Both the position numbers and the translations under genes were made by a program. DNA of 64,000 nt from Candidatus Latescibacterota bacterium (GTDB lineage: Bacteria > Latescibacterota > UBA2968 > UBA8231). The stretch spans positions 3,420,305 to 3,484,304 of the forward strand of contig CBDCNM010000002.1 in assembly GCA_965219385.1 (NCBI GenBank). Direction: 5' to 3'. This document shows positions 28,887-38,148 of the stretch, one piece after another. How positions within the stretch are numbered: position 1 is the first letter of the stretch; each line of letters opens with the position of its first letter. The notes beneath the pieces were generated by a model that was given only the letters and a program-made list of their open reading frames with translations, searched no databases and was not told the DNA's origin.

Positions 28887-28910
28887 CAACCAAGCCGGCT
28901 TGGTTGTTTC
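28887..28910 (+). terminator. Probable intrinsic terminator
   Basis: CAACCAAG-CCGG-CTTGGTTG followed by TTTC, just after the stop. Confidence 0.55.
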
Positions 28911-29044
28911 CCTCTCAGACCAGGGTTCCGCTAAAGATTAGATGGCAGCGAAAACGGAAAAATTGTTGCGTCCCGCGCCGAAAATAGCGTATATTGGAGA
29001 TCAAGTAAATCAAATCTCCCACCATTTACCGTCATAAAGAGAGA

Positions 29045-30223
29045 ATGAAAATGAACACCAATCAGTCATCGTCGGCAGAGTCCAAGCCGATCTCCCAGTC
29101 TTACCGCGCCCCGGCCTTTGCCGACTCCAAGCCCGAGCTTGCCGCGCCCGGGGCCACGCCAGAGAGGTTGGCCCACTTGGAGGAGCATGGTTTCGTCATC
29201 ATCACCGACTTTGTCGGCAGCCCGTGGATCCCCACTCTCCGCGAGGCGGGCCGCCGCGTTATCGAGGCGTGCGCACCCGAAAATGGCTACAGCAAGATCG
29301 ACTGCTCGAAGGGCTACGTGCACCGCGCGGGAGGTGAGGAGCCGTGGGCGCTCCGGGGCCTCAACCATCCCGCTTTCGGGGAGCCCAGCTTTGCCGAGTT
29401 CCACGGCTCTCCCGATTTTCTCAGCTTCGTCCACTCCTGGTGTGACGGGCTCCGGCCCGAGGATGTGGTGATGGGTGGCCTGCTGCTGTGGTGCAATCCC
29501 CGGCAGCACGAGAATGGGCCCAGTTGGCACCGAGACGTGACCTGGTGGGGCACCGGGAAGCCCTACTTTGCGCAGAAGGACGACCGAGGGGAGGGCCCTG
29601 AGGCTTACTCCGAGGAGGTCGAAAAAATCCGCTGGAAAGAAATCCGCGAAAATAACGCGAAGTCTATCACTGAGCGGAGCGGAGTGAGCCTGTTCCTGGC
29701 CCTAGCCGACGACGAGTGCCACGAACTCGTACCTGGTAGCCACGATCGATGGCGTACGCCGTTTGAGCATGACGTGCTCCTGCCGCAAGGGATGAAGGAC
29801 CAGGGAGTGCCGCACACCCCGAGTTGGAACCGCGAGGACCCGTTGCCAGGCCAGGTCGCGATCCGGCTCAAGCCCGGGGAAGCCCTCATCCGCAATGGGG
29901 CCACGATCCACACCGGGCACACCGTCCCCGATCGCGAGCGCAACACCTTGTCGATCGGTTGGTCGAAGTGGTCGGGCCCGTTCACCGGGGAGCCGTCGGT
30001 GGCGGACGTGCGACACGCGTGGCAACTCGATCCCGCCGTGCGAGAAGCTCTGCCACACGAGTGGATGAAGACCGCGTGGGACCGTTGGGCCGAAACCCAG
30101 AAGCTGGGGGATACGCTCGAGGACCGGTACCCGGGGTTTGACATCGGGCGCATTAAAGCTGGGGAGGTCGTGGGTTGGCGCGGTGAGTTGGAGCGCCAAG
30201 CCGCGGCGGCAGGCGAAGCGTAG
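29045..30223 (+). CDS. Phytanoyl-CoA dioxygenase (PhyH) family Fe/2OG enzyme
   Basis: LEEHGFVI, WHRD (HxD), VPGSH, LKPGEALI..IHTG..R. Confidence 0.82.
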   Translation: MKMNTNQSSSAESKPISQSYRAPAFADSKPELAAPGATPERLAHLEEHGFVIITDFVGSPWIPTLREAGRRVIEACAPENGYSKIDCSKGYVHRAGGEEPWALRGLNHPAFGEPSFAEFHGSPDFLSFVHSWCDGLRPEDVVMGGLLLWCNPRQHENGPSWHRDVTWWGTGKPYFAQKDDRGEGPEAYSEEVEKIRWKEIRENNAKSITERSGVSLFLALADDECHELVPGSHDRWRTPFEHDVLLPQGMKDQGVPHTPSWNREDPLPGQVAIRLKPGEALIRNGATIHTGHTVPDRERNTLSIGWSKWSGPFTGEPSVADVRHAWQLDPAVREALPHEWMKTAWDRWAETQKLGDTLEDRYPGFDIGRIKAGEVVGWRGELERQAAAAGEA

Positions 30224-30269
30224 AGGCCCTTCCAAACCGCGGCATAAAGGAGTCCTTCACCCGCGTATC

Positions 30270-30332
30270 GGTTCCCTGAGCTTGCTGGGCGAAGAGCCCG
30301 GCATCGGCCAGTCCACGCTACCGCTGCAGGTG
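30270..30332 (+). pseudogene. Short decayed RadA/Sms Walker-A fragment
   Basis: GSLSLLGEEPGIGQSTLPLQV resembles the RadA consensus GSxxLxGGxPGIGKSTLLLQ; only 21 codons. Confidence 0.45.
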
Positions 30333-30407
30333 GTTCTCATCTTCGCAAACAACGAACCTGGAGACGAGGTGCCAGCCGCACTGTCCCGTGCTGGGGCGAT
30401 TACCCGC

Positions 30408-30581
30408 GCGCCGTTGTCCCTATGAGTAGCGAACCGCTCAAAGCGGTTTCTTGGAACAGATCCATGGCCCCTTGAAGGGGGGCGATTACCCGCCTTCATC
30501 CCTGCGCCGTTGTCCCTATGAGTAGCGAACCGCTCAAAGCGGTTTCTTGGAACAGATCCATGGCCCCTTGAAGGGGGGCGA
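30408..30581. repeat. Two identical 78-bp direct repeats (96-bp period), duplicated IS200-type end
   Basis: 30408-30485 = 30504-30581; each has the hairpins AACCGC-TCAAA-GCGGTT and CCCCTTGAAGGGG. Confidence 0.85.
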
Positions 30582-30589
30582 CTACTCGT

Positions 30590-31000
30590 GTAGCTTCAAC
30601 TGGTCCAACTGACGGTCCGTGACTTCCTGCGCTATTATGTACTGCTGCGCCGCCTGCTCATCTTTACCCTGTAACAGCCCGGGCCCAAAACTGCTGCCCC
30701 ACCAAGTTTCTCCTCCGACCACCAAATACCCGGGCGATGCGAATAGCGCTCTTGCCCTTCAGAAAACCAACCATCTGCACCACGGATTGCTGTTCGGTTT
30801 TCGGGTTCGTCGGTATCTTGGGATCGGTTGCTTGCACAGATTCCTCTGGATACGGGAGACGCCGCGGAGAGACCCCCTCAGATCCCGGTTTCCGACAGCG
30901 ACGTGGTGACCATCGCCGGGCTGCGCGAGTACATAAAACGCACTTTCCCACGCAATTTTTGGGCAACCACCGCAAAGTAAGGCAGGGGCGGGGGCACGCA
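30590..31000 (-). pseudogene. tnpA: Decayed IS200/IS605 TnpA (Y1) transposase
   Basis: SVVQMVGFLKGKSAIRIAR..GRRRNLVGQQFWAR; DEQAAQQYIIAQEVTDRQLDQL in another frame; N-terminus scrambled. Confidence 0.8.
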
Positions 31001-31136
31001 GTGTCCCTGGCTGTCAAGGAAGGCTGAGGAGTTATTGCTCGGCAGCCATAGGGGCCGTTCGCCGCGGCTGCCGGGAGCTTGCGGCGCCGGATTATAAGAC
31101 GTTATTTATTCTAACCCCTGCAAGTCCAAGCTGAAT

Positions 31137-34100
31137 ATGACTAAGCCCATCGACCAATTTCGAGCACTTTTGCGCGAGTTGTTCCAGTTTGACTGCGGCG
31201 ACCTGGACTTTGGCATCTACCGCATCATGAACCACAAGCGGGGTGTCATGGAGCAGTTCATCGCGGATGATTTGCCGAAAGCCATAGCGGCAGAATTGGA
31301 CAGCGGCGCGTTGGCCGAGCAGGATCAGGCCGCCAAAGAGCTGGAGAAAATCGCCCAGCAGATAAAAAGTACGCTGGCCAGCGACGCCATCGATGCCGAC
31401 GGCAACCTCGTCAAATTTCAGGACGCGGATATTGGTAAAAAGTATCTCGCGCTGAAGGCTAAGGCCGCCGGCGGAATGGGCCGCGACGCCCTCGAAGCCG
31501 CGATCTTCAATCACCTGTACGCCTTCTTCAGCCGTTACTATCAGGACGGCGATTTCATCTCCAAGCGCCGCTACTCCAAGCACCAGCGCTACGCCATTCC
31601 CTACAACGGCGAAGAGGTCCATCTCCATTGGGCCAACAGCGACCAATACTACGTCAAGACCGGCGAGCACTTCCACGATTATTCATTTGCGGCACGCGGC
31701 GTTGCGGTGCATTTCAGGGTCCAGGCCGCCGACGTCGAAAAGGACAACGTCAAGGGCGACAAGCGGTTTTTCCTGCCGTGCGCCGGAGCGATCGCCTATG
31801 ATGAGAAGGCCAGCCGGCTCGAAATCCCCTTTGAGTACCGGCCCCTGACTGCACAGGAGGAAATCACCTACGGCAAGAAAGATCAGCAGGAGGCCATTAT
31901 CACCGAAGCCGTGGCGGAGATTCCCGAGCGGCTCAAACAGGCCCCCAACGCGCTAGCCGCGCTGACAGCCCAACGCCGCCCGGCAGTCTCCTTCCTCGAA
32001 CACCACCTGCGCCAGTACACCCGGCGCAACACCTCCGACTTCTTCGTCCACAAGGATCTGAAGGGCTTTCTCGCCCGCGAGTTGGATTTCTACCTCAAGA
32101 ACGAGGTGCTGAACCTCGGCGAGATGGAAGCGGCCGGCGAAGATCGCGCCGAGGGCTGGTTTCAGATGATGCGGACGATCCGCTCCGTCGGTGGCCAGAT
32201 CATCGACTTCCTCGACCAGATCGAGAACTTCCAGAAAATGCTGTGGGAGAAGCGGAAGTTCGTCACCGAGACGCAATACTGCATAACCGTGGGCAATATT
32301 GCCGAGCGCTTTTATGCCGACATCGCCGGGTGCGAGGCGCAGTGGGACGAGTGGAAGGCGCTGTTCAGCATTGACGAAGATCAAATCGACCTGTTCAACT
32401 CGGGCAAGGACAAGACAGGCAAGCGCATCGCGTTCTTGAAGGCGCATCCGACGCTCGTCCTCGACAGCAAACATTTCGACCAGGGGTTTGTAGATCGGCT
32501 ATTGGGTAGTTTTGACGATTTGGACGGAATGACGGATGGAGTGCTGATCCACGGCGAGAACTTCCATGCCCTCCACTTCCTGTCGGAAAAATACAACGGG
32601 CAACTACAATGTGTGCATATTGATCCCCCGTACAACACGCAGACGAGCGGCTTCCTCTACAAAAATGAATATCAGCATTCGAGTTGGCTGACTATGATGC
32701 ACAATCGGGTTGCGGACACCGTCCCACTGCTGCGGCGGGATGGTGCCTTCTTGTGCCACATCGACGAGAATGAGTACGAGGTTTTACATCTTCTCTTTGC
32801 GCATACAGGCATACCGGATGGTGGCACCATCGTTTGGGACAAGAAAAATCCCATGCTCGGACGCCAAGGGATAGCTACGCAACACGAGTACATTCTCTGG
32901 AGGACTTGGAGTGAATCGTCGGTGTATTTGCGTCCTGCCAATGTCCGCATGATGCTCGACAAGGCGGAATCGCTGATTCGTGAGTATGGGGGTGTCAATG
33001 AGCAGGTCCGGCGCGTGTTCGGCGATTGGGTCAACCGTTGCGAAGGCTTGACCGGTGGAGAGCGGGCGTATCGACTGATTGATGATGATGGTCTAGTTTA
33101 CCGTAGCGTGGCGATGACATGGCCTAATCCTAAAAAGCCCCCAGCCAAGTTTTTTGTTCCCCTTATTCATCCCGTTACCAAAAAACCATGTCCTGTTCCA
33201 AGTAGAGGATGGTCCCGCACACCTGAAAAAATGCGAGAGTTATTGGACCGGGACGAGATTATATTCGGCAAAGATGAGACCGTGCAGCCAACGCGAAAAG
33301 TGTTCTTAAAGCCTGATTCTGGTCGGCAACTATCGTCGGTGCTCAGCGACGCCAGCAGAGGCAAAAACGACCTAGAAAAATTGGGCTTTGAGTTCCCCTA
33401 CTGCCACCCGGTTTCGCTCTATGTGGAATTGTTAGGGGCCGCTGCCGCGGAAAGTGGCGACGCGGTTCTCGACTACTTCGCCGGCTCCGGCACCACCGGC
33501 CACGCGGTCATCAACCTGAATCGCGAGGACGGCGGCCAGCGCAAGTTCATCCTGGTGGAGATGGGCGAGTATTTCGATACCGTTCTGCTCCCTCGCATCA
33601 AGAAGGTCGCGTTCACACCCGAATGGAAGGACGGCAAGCCCAAGCGCATGGCAACGCCGGAAGAAGCCGAGCGGGGGCCGCGCATTGTCAAGTACATGCG
33701 CCTGGAATCCTACGAGGATGCGCTCAACAACATCGACTTCGACGAGGCTTCTGCGCAGCAAGTGTTGCAATTCGACGACTATCTGCTCAAGTACATGCTC
33801 CAATGGGAAACCAAGCGCAGCGCGACCCTGCTGAACGTGGAGAAGCTATCGCAGCCCTTCCGCTACACGCTGCACATCCACGCCGACGGCCAGACGCGGA
33901 AGCAGATCGCCGACCTCCCGGAGACCTTCAACTACCTGCTCGGCCTGCGCGTCGAGACGCGGCGGGTGTACTACGACGACGGCCGGCGATACTTGGTCTA
34001 TCGCGGCCAGCTTGACCAGCGGCGGGGCGTTGTTATCTGGCGAGAAACCCAAGGCTGGGACAAGGCCGCTCTGGTGCGCGACAAGGAGTTCGTGGCCGAG

Positions 34101-34217
34101 CAGCAATTGACCGACGGCGCGGACGAAGTCTATGTCAACGGCGATTCGTTCATCCGCGAGGCCAAGGCGCTGGAGCCAGTCTTCAAGCGGCGAATGTTTG
34201 CAGAGACGAGGGAATAA
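31137..34217 (+). CDS. mod: Type III R-M modification subunit (long Mod, N6-adenine MTase)
   Basis: DLDFGIYRI, YNGEEV, IDPPYNT, LDYFAGSGTT in beta-class order. Confidence 0.92.
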   Translation: MTKPIDQFRALLRELFQFDCGDLDFGIYRIMNHKRGVMEQFIADDLPKAIAAELDSGALAEQDQAAKELEKIAQQIKSTLASDAIDADGNLVKFQDADIGKKYLALKAKAAGGMGRDALEAAIFNHLYAFFSRYYQDGDFISKRRYSKHQRYAIPYNGEEVHLHWANSDQYYVKTGEHFHDYSFAARGVAVHFRVQAADVEKDNVKGDKRFFLPCAGAIAYDEKASRLEIPFEYRPLTAQEEITYGKKDQQEAIITEAVAEIPERLKQAPNALAALTAQRRPAVSFLEHHLRQYTRRNTSDFFVHKDLKGFLARELDFYLKNEVLNLGEMEAAGEDRAEGWFQMMRTIRSVGGQIIDFLDQIENFQKMLWEKRKFVTETQYCITVGNIAERFYADIAGCEAQWDEWKALFSIDEDQIDLFNSGKDKTGKRIAFLKAHPTLVLDSKHFDQGFVDRLLGSFDDLDGMTDGVLIHGENFHALHFLSEKYNGQLQCVHIDPPYNTQTSGFLYKNEYQHSSWLTMMHNRVADTVPLLRRDGAFLCHIDENEYEVLHLLFAHTGIPDGGTIVWDKKNPMLGRQGIATQHEYILWRTWSESSVYLRPANVRMMLDKAESLIREYGGVNEQVRRVFGDWVNRCEGLTGGERAYRLIDDDGLVYRSVAMTWPNPKKPPAKFFVPLIHPVTKKPCPVPSRGWSRTPEKMRELLDRDEIIFGKDETVQPTRKVFLKPDSGRQLSSVLSDASRGKNDLEKLGFEFPYCHPVSLYVELLGAAAAESGDAVLDYFAGSGTTGHAVINLNREDGGQRKFILVEMGEYFDTVLLPRIKKVAFTPEWKDGKPKRMATPEEAERGPRIVKYMRLESYEDALNNIDFDEASAQQVLQFDDYLLKYMLQWETKRSATLLNVEKLSQPFRYTLHIHADGQTRKQIADLPETFNYLLGLRVETRRVYYDDGRRYLVYRGQLDQRRGVVIWRETQGWDKAALVRDKEFVAEQQLTDGADEVYVNGDSFIREAKALEPVFKRRMFAETRE

Positions 34218-35557
34218 TGAGCAACGTCAACGCTTCAACTGGCTCAACGATCATTGAAGAAATTGATCGGCTGAAAGAGAAATTAGACTCATTGCGGCCA
34301 TTGCCTGCTGACGTCGTGGGGCGGATAGAGCAAAAGCTGAGGCTTGAGTCGAATTACCACTCCAATGCCATAGAAGGCAACAGCCTGACCCTCGGAGAAA
34401 CGAGAAGCCTGATCCTCCATGGACTTACTGCTCGCGGGAAGCCCATGCGCGATCACCTGGACATCGAGGGGCACAATGAGGCAGTAAAGGCGATAGAGGA
34501 TGCAGTAAAAAGAGACGAATCACTCAACGAGGTCTTCATCCGAAATCTCCATGAAGTGTTGTTGAAGGAGCCGTACGAAAACGACGCCATAACGCCCGAT
34601 GGACAGCTTGTGAAGCGACGCATTGCCATTGGAGACTATAAGACACAGCCAAATAACGTGCAAACCTCTACCGGCGAGATATATTACTTTACACCGCCGG
34701 AGCAGGTGAAACCGGCGATGAGCGATCTCATAGACTGGTACAGAAGACAAGAGGACGAAGGCAAGCATCCCATTATCGTCGCTGCCACGTTTCACTATCG
34801 CTTTGTCCGCATTCATCCTTTTGACGATGGGAATGGGCGCATGGCGCGGCTTTTGATGAATATGATCTTGATCAAGCACGGCTACACGGTGGCAATCATA
34901 CCCAGAGAGGAGAGAGACCGATACATCAACACGCTGGAGCAGGCCGACAAGAGTGAAGACCTGGCCGAGTTTATCACTTACATTGCACATTGTTGCGAAT
35001 ATACCCTGAATCTCCATCTGAAAGCCGCCCGCGGAGAGAGTATTGAAGAGGCGGAGGACATAGATAAAGAGATCGCGCTCTTTTTGCAAAAGACCATGGG
35101 CGACACAATCGAAGCGCGAGCGTATGCGGACCAAGTGCTGTATCCATTTTTTTTGTATTGCAAAGAGAAGGTCGAACAGTTTTCTAGGGGGTTCGGAAGA
35201 ATTGATGTTTCAGGTCATTCTTCTGTGAGAAGGACTGACAGTAAAAGTAATACTTTTCAGCTAAAAGAAGAAAAGGACACTTGGCCAGAAAACGCGTTTT
35301 CTATTTCCACTCGCACCTTATTCAGGTTATCCAATTTTCAGGGAAAACAGAGAGAAGTAGTTGTCTTGGAAATTAACAATGAAGCAGACTCAAATGGTTA
35401 CGTCTGGGATTTTTCCGCCCATATCAGCACAGATGGCGGCGCAAAATTTCATCCTTATTATGAAGAAGAATATACGGGGCGAGATCTGCAGGTGCTCAAG
35501 AGGATGTTTAACGCAATGATACGGCTCATGATGAAAAAGCTCTCTGAAAGTCATTAA
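34217..35557 (+). CDS. Fic protein (class II) with extra C-terminal domain
   Basis: SNAIEGN inhibitory motif, HPFDDGNGRMAR; start overlaps the mod stop (TAATG). Confidence 0.92.
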   Translation: MSNVNASTGSTIIEEIDRLKEKLDSLRPLPADVVGRIEQKLRLESNYHSNAIEGNSLTLGETRSLILHGLTARGKPMRDHLDIEGHNEAVKAIEDAVKRDESLNEVFIRNLHEVLLKEPYENDAITPDGQLVKRRIAIGDYKTQPNNVQTSTGEIYYFTPPEQVKPAMSDLIDWYRRQEDEGKHPIIVAATFHYRFVRIHPFDDGNGRMARLLMNMILIKHGYTVAIIPREERDRYINTLEQADKSEDLAEFITYIAHCCEYTLNLHLKAARGESIEEAEDIDKEIALFLQKTMGDTIEARAYADQVLYPFFLYCKEKVEQFSRGFGRIDVSGHSSVRRTDSKSNTFQLKEEKDTWPENAFSISTRTLFRLSNFQGKQREVVVLEINNEADSNGYVWDFSAHISTDGGAKFHPYYEEEYTGRDLQVLKRMFNAMIRLMMKKLSESH

Positions 35558-35564
35558 CGAGGGG

Positions 35565-35915
35565 ATGAGCATGTCGGAGACTGCATTCACCTTTCATGCG
35601 CTTCAGGAGTGGGAGGGGTATGTCCTTGAAAAGGGAGATGACGAATTCACGGCGCGGCTGTTGGATTTGACCGCCGGTTCCTTGCAGGAGGAGGAAGAAG
35701 CCGTCATTCCTTTGGCCGAGATTTCAGAAGACGATCTTAAACGTCTGCATCCCGGCAGCGTTTTCCGCTGGGTTATCGGGTACGAGCGTTCTGCGAGTGG
35801 AACCAAGCGGCGCGTCTCCCAGATCGTCTTCCGCGACCTTCCTGTTGTGACCAAACAAGACCTAGCCGAGGGCAAGGAATGGGCCAGGAAGACCGCTCAG
35901 TCATGGGCGGACTAA
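35565..35915 (+). CDS. Hypothetical 116-aa beta-rich protein
   Basis: RBS GAGGGG; stop overlaps the start of the next (MBL) frame. Confidence 0.75.
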   Translation: MSMSETAFTFHALQEWEGYVLEKGDDEFTARLLDLTAGSLQEEEEAVIPLAEISEDDLKRLHPGSVFRWVIGYERSASGTKRRVSQIVFRDLPVVTKQDLAEGKEWARKTAQSWAD

Positions 35916-36278
35916 CTGCCATCGGAGTTCCGCCTGAACACAATGTGATTGTGATGGAAGTGACTGTTATGGGTCCCGGTTACGGAGAGTGCATACTCCC
36001 TTCATATCGGGAACGGAAGTTGGGTAATTGTCGATTCCTGCCTCAACGCGGAGTCTCAACCGGCAGCACTGGCCTACTTGCGCGACTTAGGCTTAAATCC
36101 CGCTGAAGTGGTCCGCCTTATCGTCGCCACCCACTGGCATGACGACCATATACGCGGCATGGGAAGTCTAGTCAATGTCTGCGATAACGCGACTTTCTGC
36201 TGTGCAAGTGCCCTGCGTGCGCCGGAATTCCTCGCGGTGGGGGCCGCCATGGCCAATCGCCCTATGTCCCAGGTATGA
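35903..36278 (+). pseudogene. Frameshifted, truncated MBL-fold (ComEC/Rec2-like) hydrolase
   Basis: MEVTVMGPGYGECIL, +1 C at about 35998-36000, then LHIGNGSWVIVDSC...ATHWHDDHIRG (HxHxDH); stop at 36278. Confidence 0.85.
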
Positions 36279-36326
36279 CGCCCCTGTCGCCACCTTTCAG
36301 GTGCTTTTGAGTTATCCAGGCCAACC

Positions 36327-37499
36327 ATGAGGCAATACGAGAAGACTCACCCTTGGATTACCTTCCAAGTCAATCTGCGCGAGGTGCCTTATTCGTTCTG
36401 GATGAAACTGGGAGAATGTACCTCCAAAATCGAGCACATCTCCAGGGTGCCACTGGTGCATGACTCGGCGGAGGATCTCTATAAGGTCTATCTGGCCAAG
36501 GGCGTTCAGGCGACGACCGCCATCGAAGGCAATACCCTATCCGAAGAAGACGTACTGCGGCATATAAACGGCGAGCTGGAATTGCCTCCCTCTCAGGCGT
36601 ATCTGGCGCAGGAAGTGGACAACATCATCAGGGCAATCAACGACATTATTGAGGAGATGCGAGACGAAGCAGCCGGATCTCTGGAAAGTGTATGGATCAG
36701 GGATATGAACAGGGCTGTTCTCGACAAACTCGATCAGCAGGAAGGATCCATTCCGGGAACGATTCGCACCCATTCCGTGCTTGTGGGTGGGCGCTATCGA
36801 GGAGCGCCGGCAGAGGATTGCGAATACCTGCTGGAGAGGCTATGCCAGTGGTTCAACGATGGAATTGAGATACCGGAAGGCGAAGAAATCGCATTTGCCA
36901 TCATTAAGGCGGTGATAGCTCATCTCTATATCGCATGGATCCATCCGTTTGGCGACGGGAACGGCCGCACAGCGAGGCTGCTGGAACTCGCCACCTTGTT
37001 GCGGGCTGGCGTACCGGTGCCGGCTTGCCATCTGCTGAGTAGTCACTATAGTGCCACGCGTGCGGAATACGCACGCCAACTCGCAAGGACCAGCCAGTCC
37101 GGTGGAGAGGTCGTACCTTTTCTTTTCTATGCCGTGCAGGGATTCCTCGATGGGCTTCACGGCCAGTTGGAGCTGATCTGGAAGCAGCATTTGGATATTG
37201 TCTGGCAGCACTACGTGTACCGGCATTTCCCCAGACCGGACACGGTCCCTGGCAAGCGACGCCGCAATCTGGTGCTGGACCTATCGGCGAGCGACCGCAC
37301 CGTACCCCTCTTTGAGTTAGTGGCGATAAGTGAGCGCGTCGCTCGCTCATACGCAGCCAGGACGTCGCACACATTCATGCGGGATCTACGTTGGCTTGTA
37401 GAAAATAGTTGGATTATAAAAGAGGGAGACGGCTACAGACCCAATAAGGATAGTATGCTGAATTTTACGCCGTTTCGGGTGCCTTCAAGTGGGAGATAA
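36327..37499 (+). CDS. Fic protein (class II)
   Basis: TTAIEGN, HPFGDGNGRTAR; C-terminal wHTH-like segment. Confidence 0.92.
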   Translation: MRQYEKTHPWITFQVNLREVPYSFWMKLGECTSKIEHISRVPLVHDSAEDLYKVYLAKGVQATTAIEGNTLSEEDVLRHINGELELPPSQAYLAQEVDNIIRAINDIIEEMRDEAAGSLESVWIRDMNRAVLDKLDQQEGSIPGTIRTHSVLVGGRYRGAPAEDCEYLLERLCQWFNDGIEIPEGEEIAFAIIKAVIAHLYIAWIHPFGDGNGRTARLLELATLLRAGVPVPACHLLSSHYSATRAEYARQLARTSQSGGEVVPFLFYAVQGFLDGLHGQLELIWKQHLDIVWQHYVYRHFPRPDTVPGKRRRNLVLDLSASDRTVPLFELVAISERVARSYAARTSHTFMRDLRWLVENSWIIKEGDGYRPNKDSMLNFTPFRVPSSGR

Positions 37500-37503
37500 C
37501 CGC

Positions 37504-37815
37504 ATGAGCGCGAGAATCGACATCCCCAAAGACGAGATCGCCGCCTTCTGCCGGCGCAACCACATCCGGCGCATGGCTCTGTTCGGCTCGGTGCTGCGCG
37601 ACGAATTCACGCCTGAGAGCGACGTGGATGTACTTGTGGACTTCGAGCCGGGCCAGACGCCGGGACTGGCGTTCATTACCATGCAGGACGAGCTGTCGGA
37701 GATACTCGGCCGGCAAGTGGATATGCACACCTTCAAGGGAGTCGAAAGCAGCCGCAACTGGCTGCTCCGGGAGGAGATACTCAATTCGGCGGAGGTGCAG
37801 TATGAGCAGGCGTGA
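37504..37815 (+). CDS. Minimal nucleotidyltransferase (MNT) antitoxin
   Basis: LFGSVLRDEFTPESDVDVLV (GS-x10-DxD). Confidence 0.9.
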   Translation: MSARIDIPKDEIAAFCRRNHIRRMALFGSVLRDEFTPESDVDVLVDFEPGQTPGLAFITMQDELSEILGRQVDMHTFKGVESSRNWLLREEILNSAEVQYEQA

Positions 37816-38146
37816 TGACCGGGTTAGCCTCGTGGATATGCTCATCTACGCCAAGGAAGCCGTCGCTCTGTCCGGCGAGACAAGTCTGAATGACTTGGTA
37901 GAAGACCGGGTAATGCAACTCGCCCTGCAGAAATTGGTGGAGATTGTGGGCGAAGCGGCCAACCGCGTTTCTGAGGAGACACAGCAGTGCCACCAGGAAA
38001 TTCCCTGGCCCCAGATTATTGGAATGCGCAACCGGCTGGTTCACGGCTACGATGGCGTTGATCTCGGTATCCTGTGGAAGATTATTCAGAACGACTTGCC
38101 GCCGCTCATCGAGCAACTGAAAGACATCGTCGGCGAAGAGGCATAG
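37802..38146 (+). CDS. HEPN / DUF86 (HepT-like) RNase toxin
   Basis: EIVGEAA, IPWPQIIGMRNRLVHGY (R-x4-H-x-Y); overlaps the MNT gene. Confidence 0.9.
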   Translation: MSRRDDRVSLVDMLIYAKEAVALSGETSLNDLVEDRVMQLALQKLVEIVGEAANRVSEETQQCHQEIPWPQIIGMRNRLVHGYDGVDLGILWKIIQNDLPPLIEQLKDIVGEEA

Positions 38147-38148
38147 AA

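Noticed and set aside
30408..30581. Possible CRISPR array
   Set aside because: Only two 78-bp units with an 18-bp gap, no cas genes, and explained as IS200 end sequence.
31137..34217. Phase-variable mod (phasevarion)
   Set aside because: No long simple-sequence repeat tract seen; only short A/T runs.
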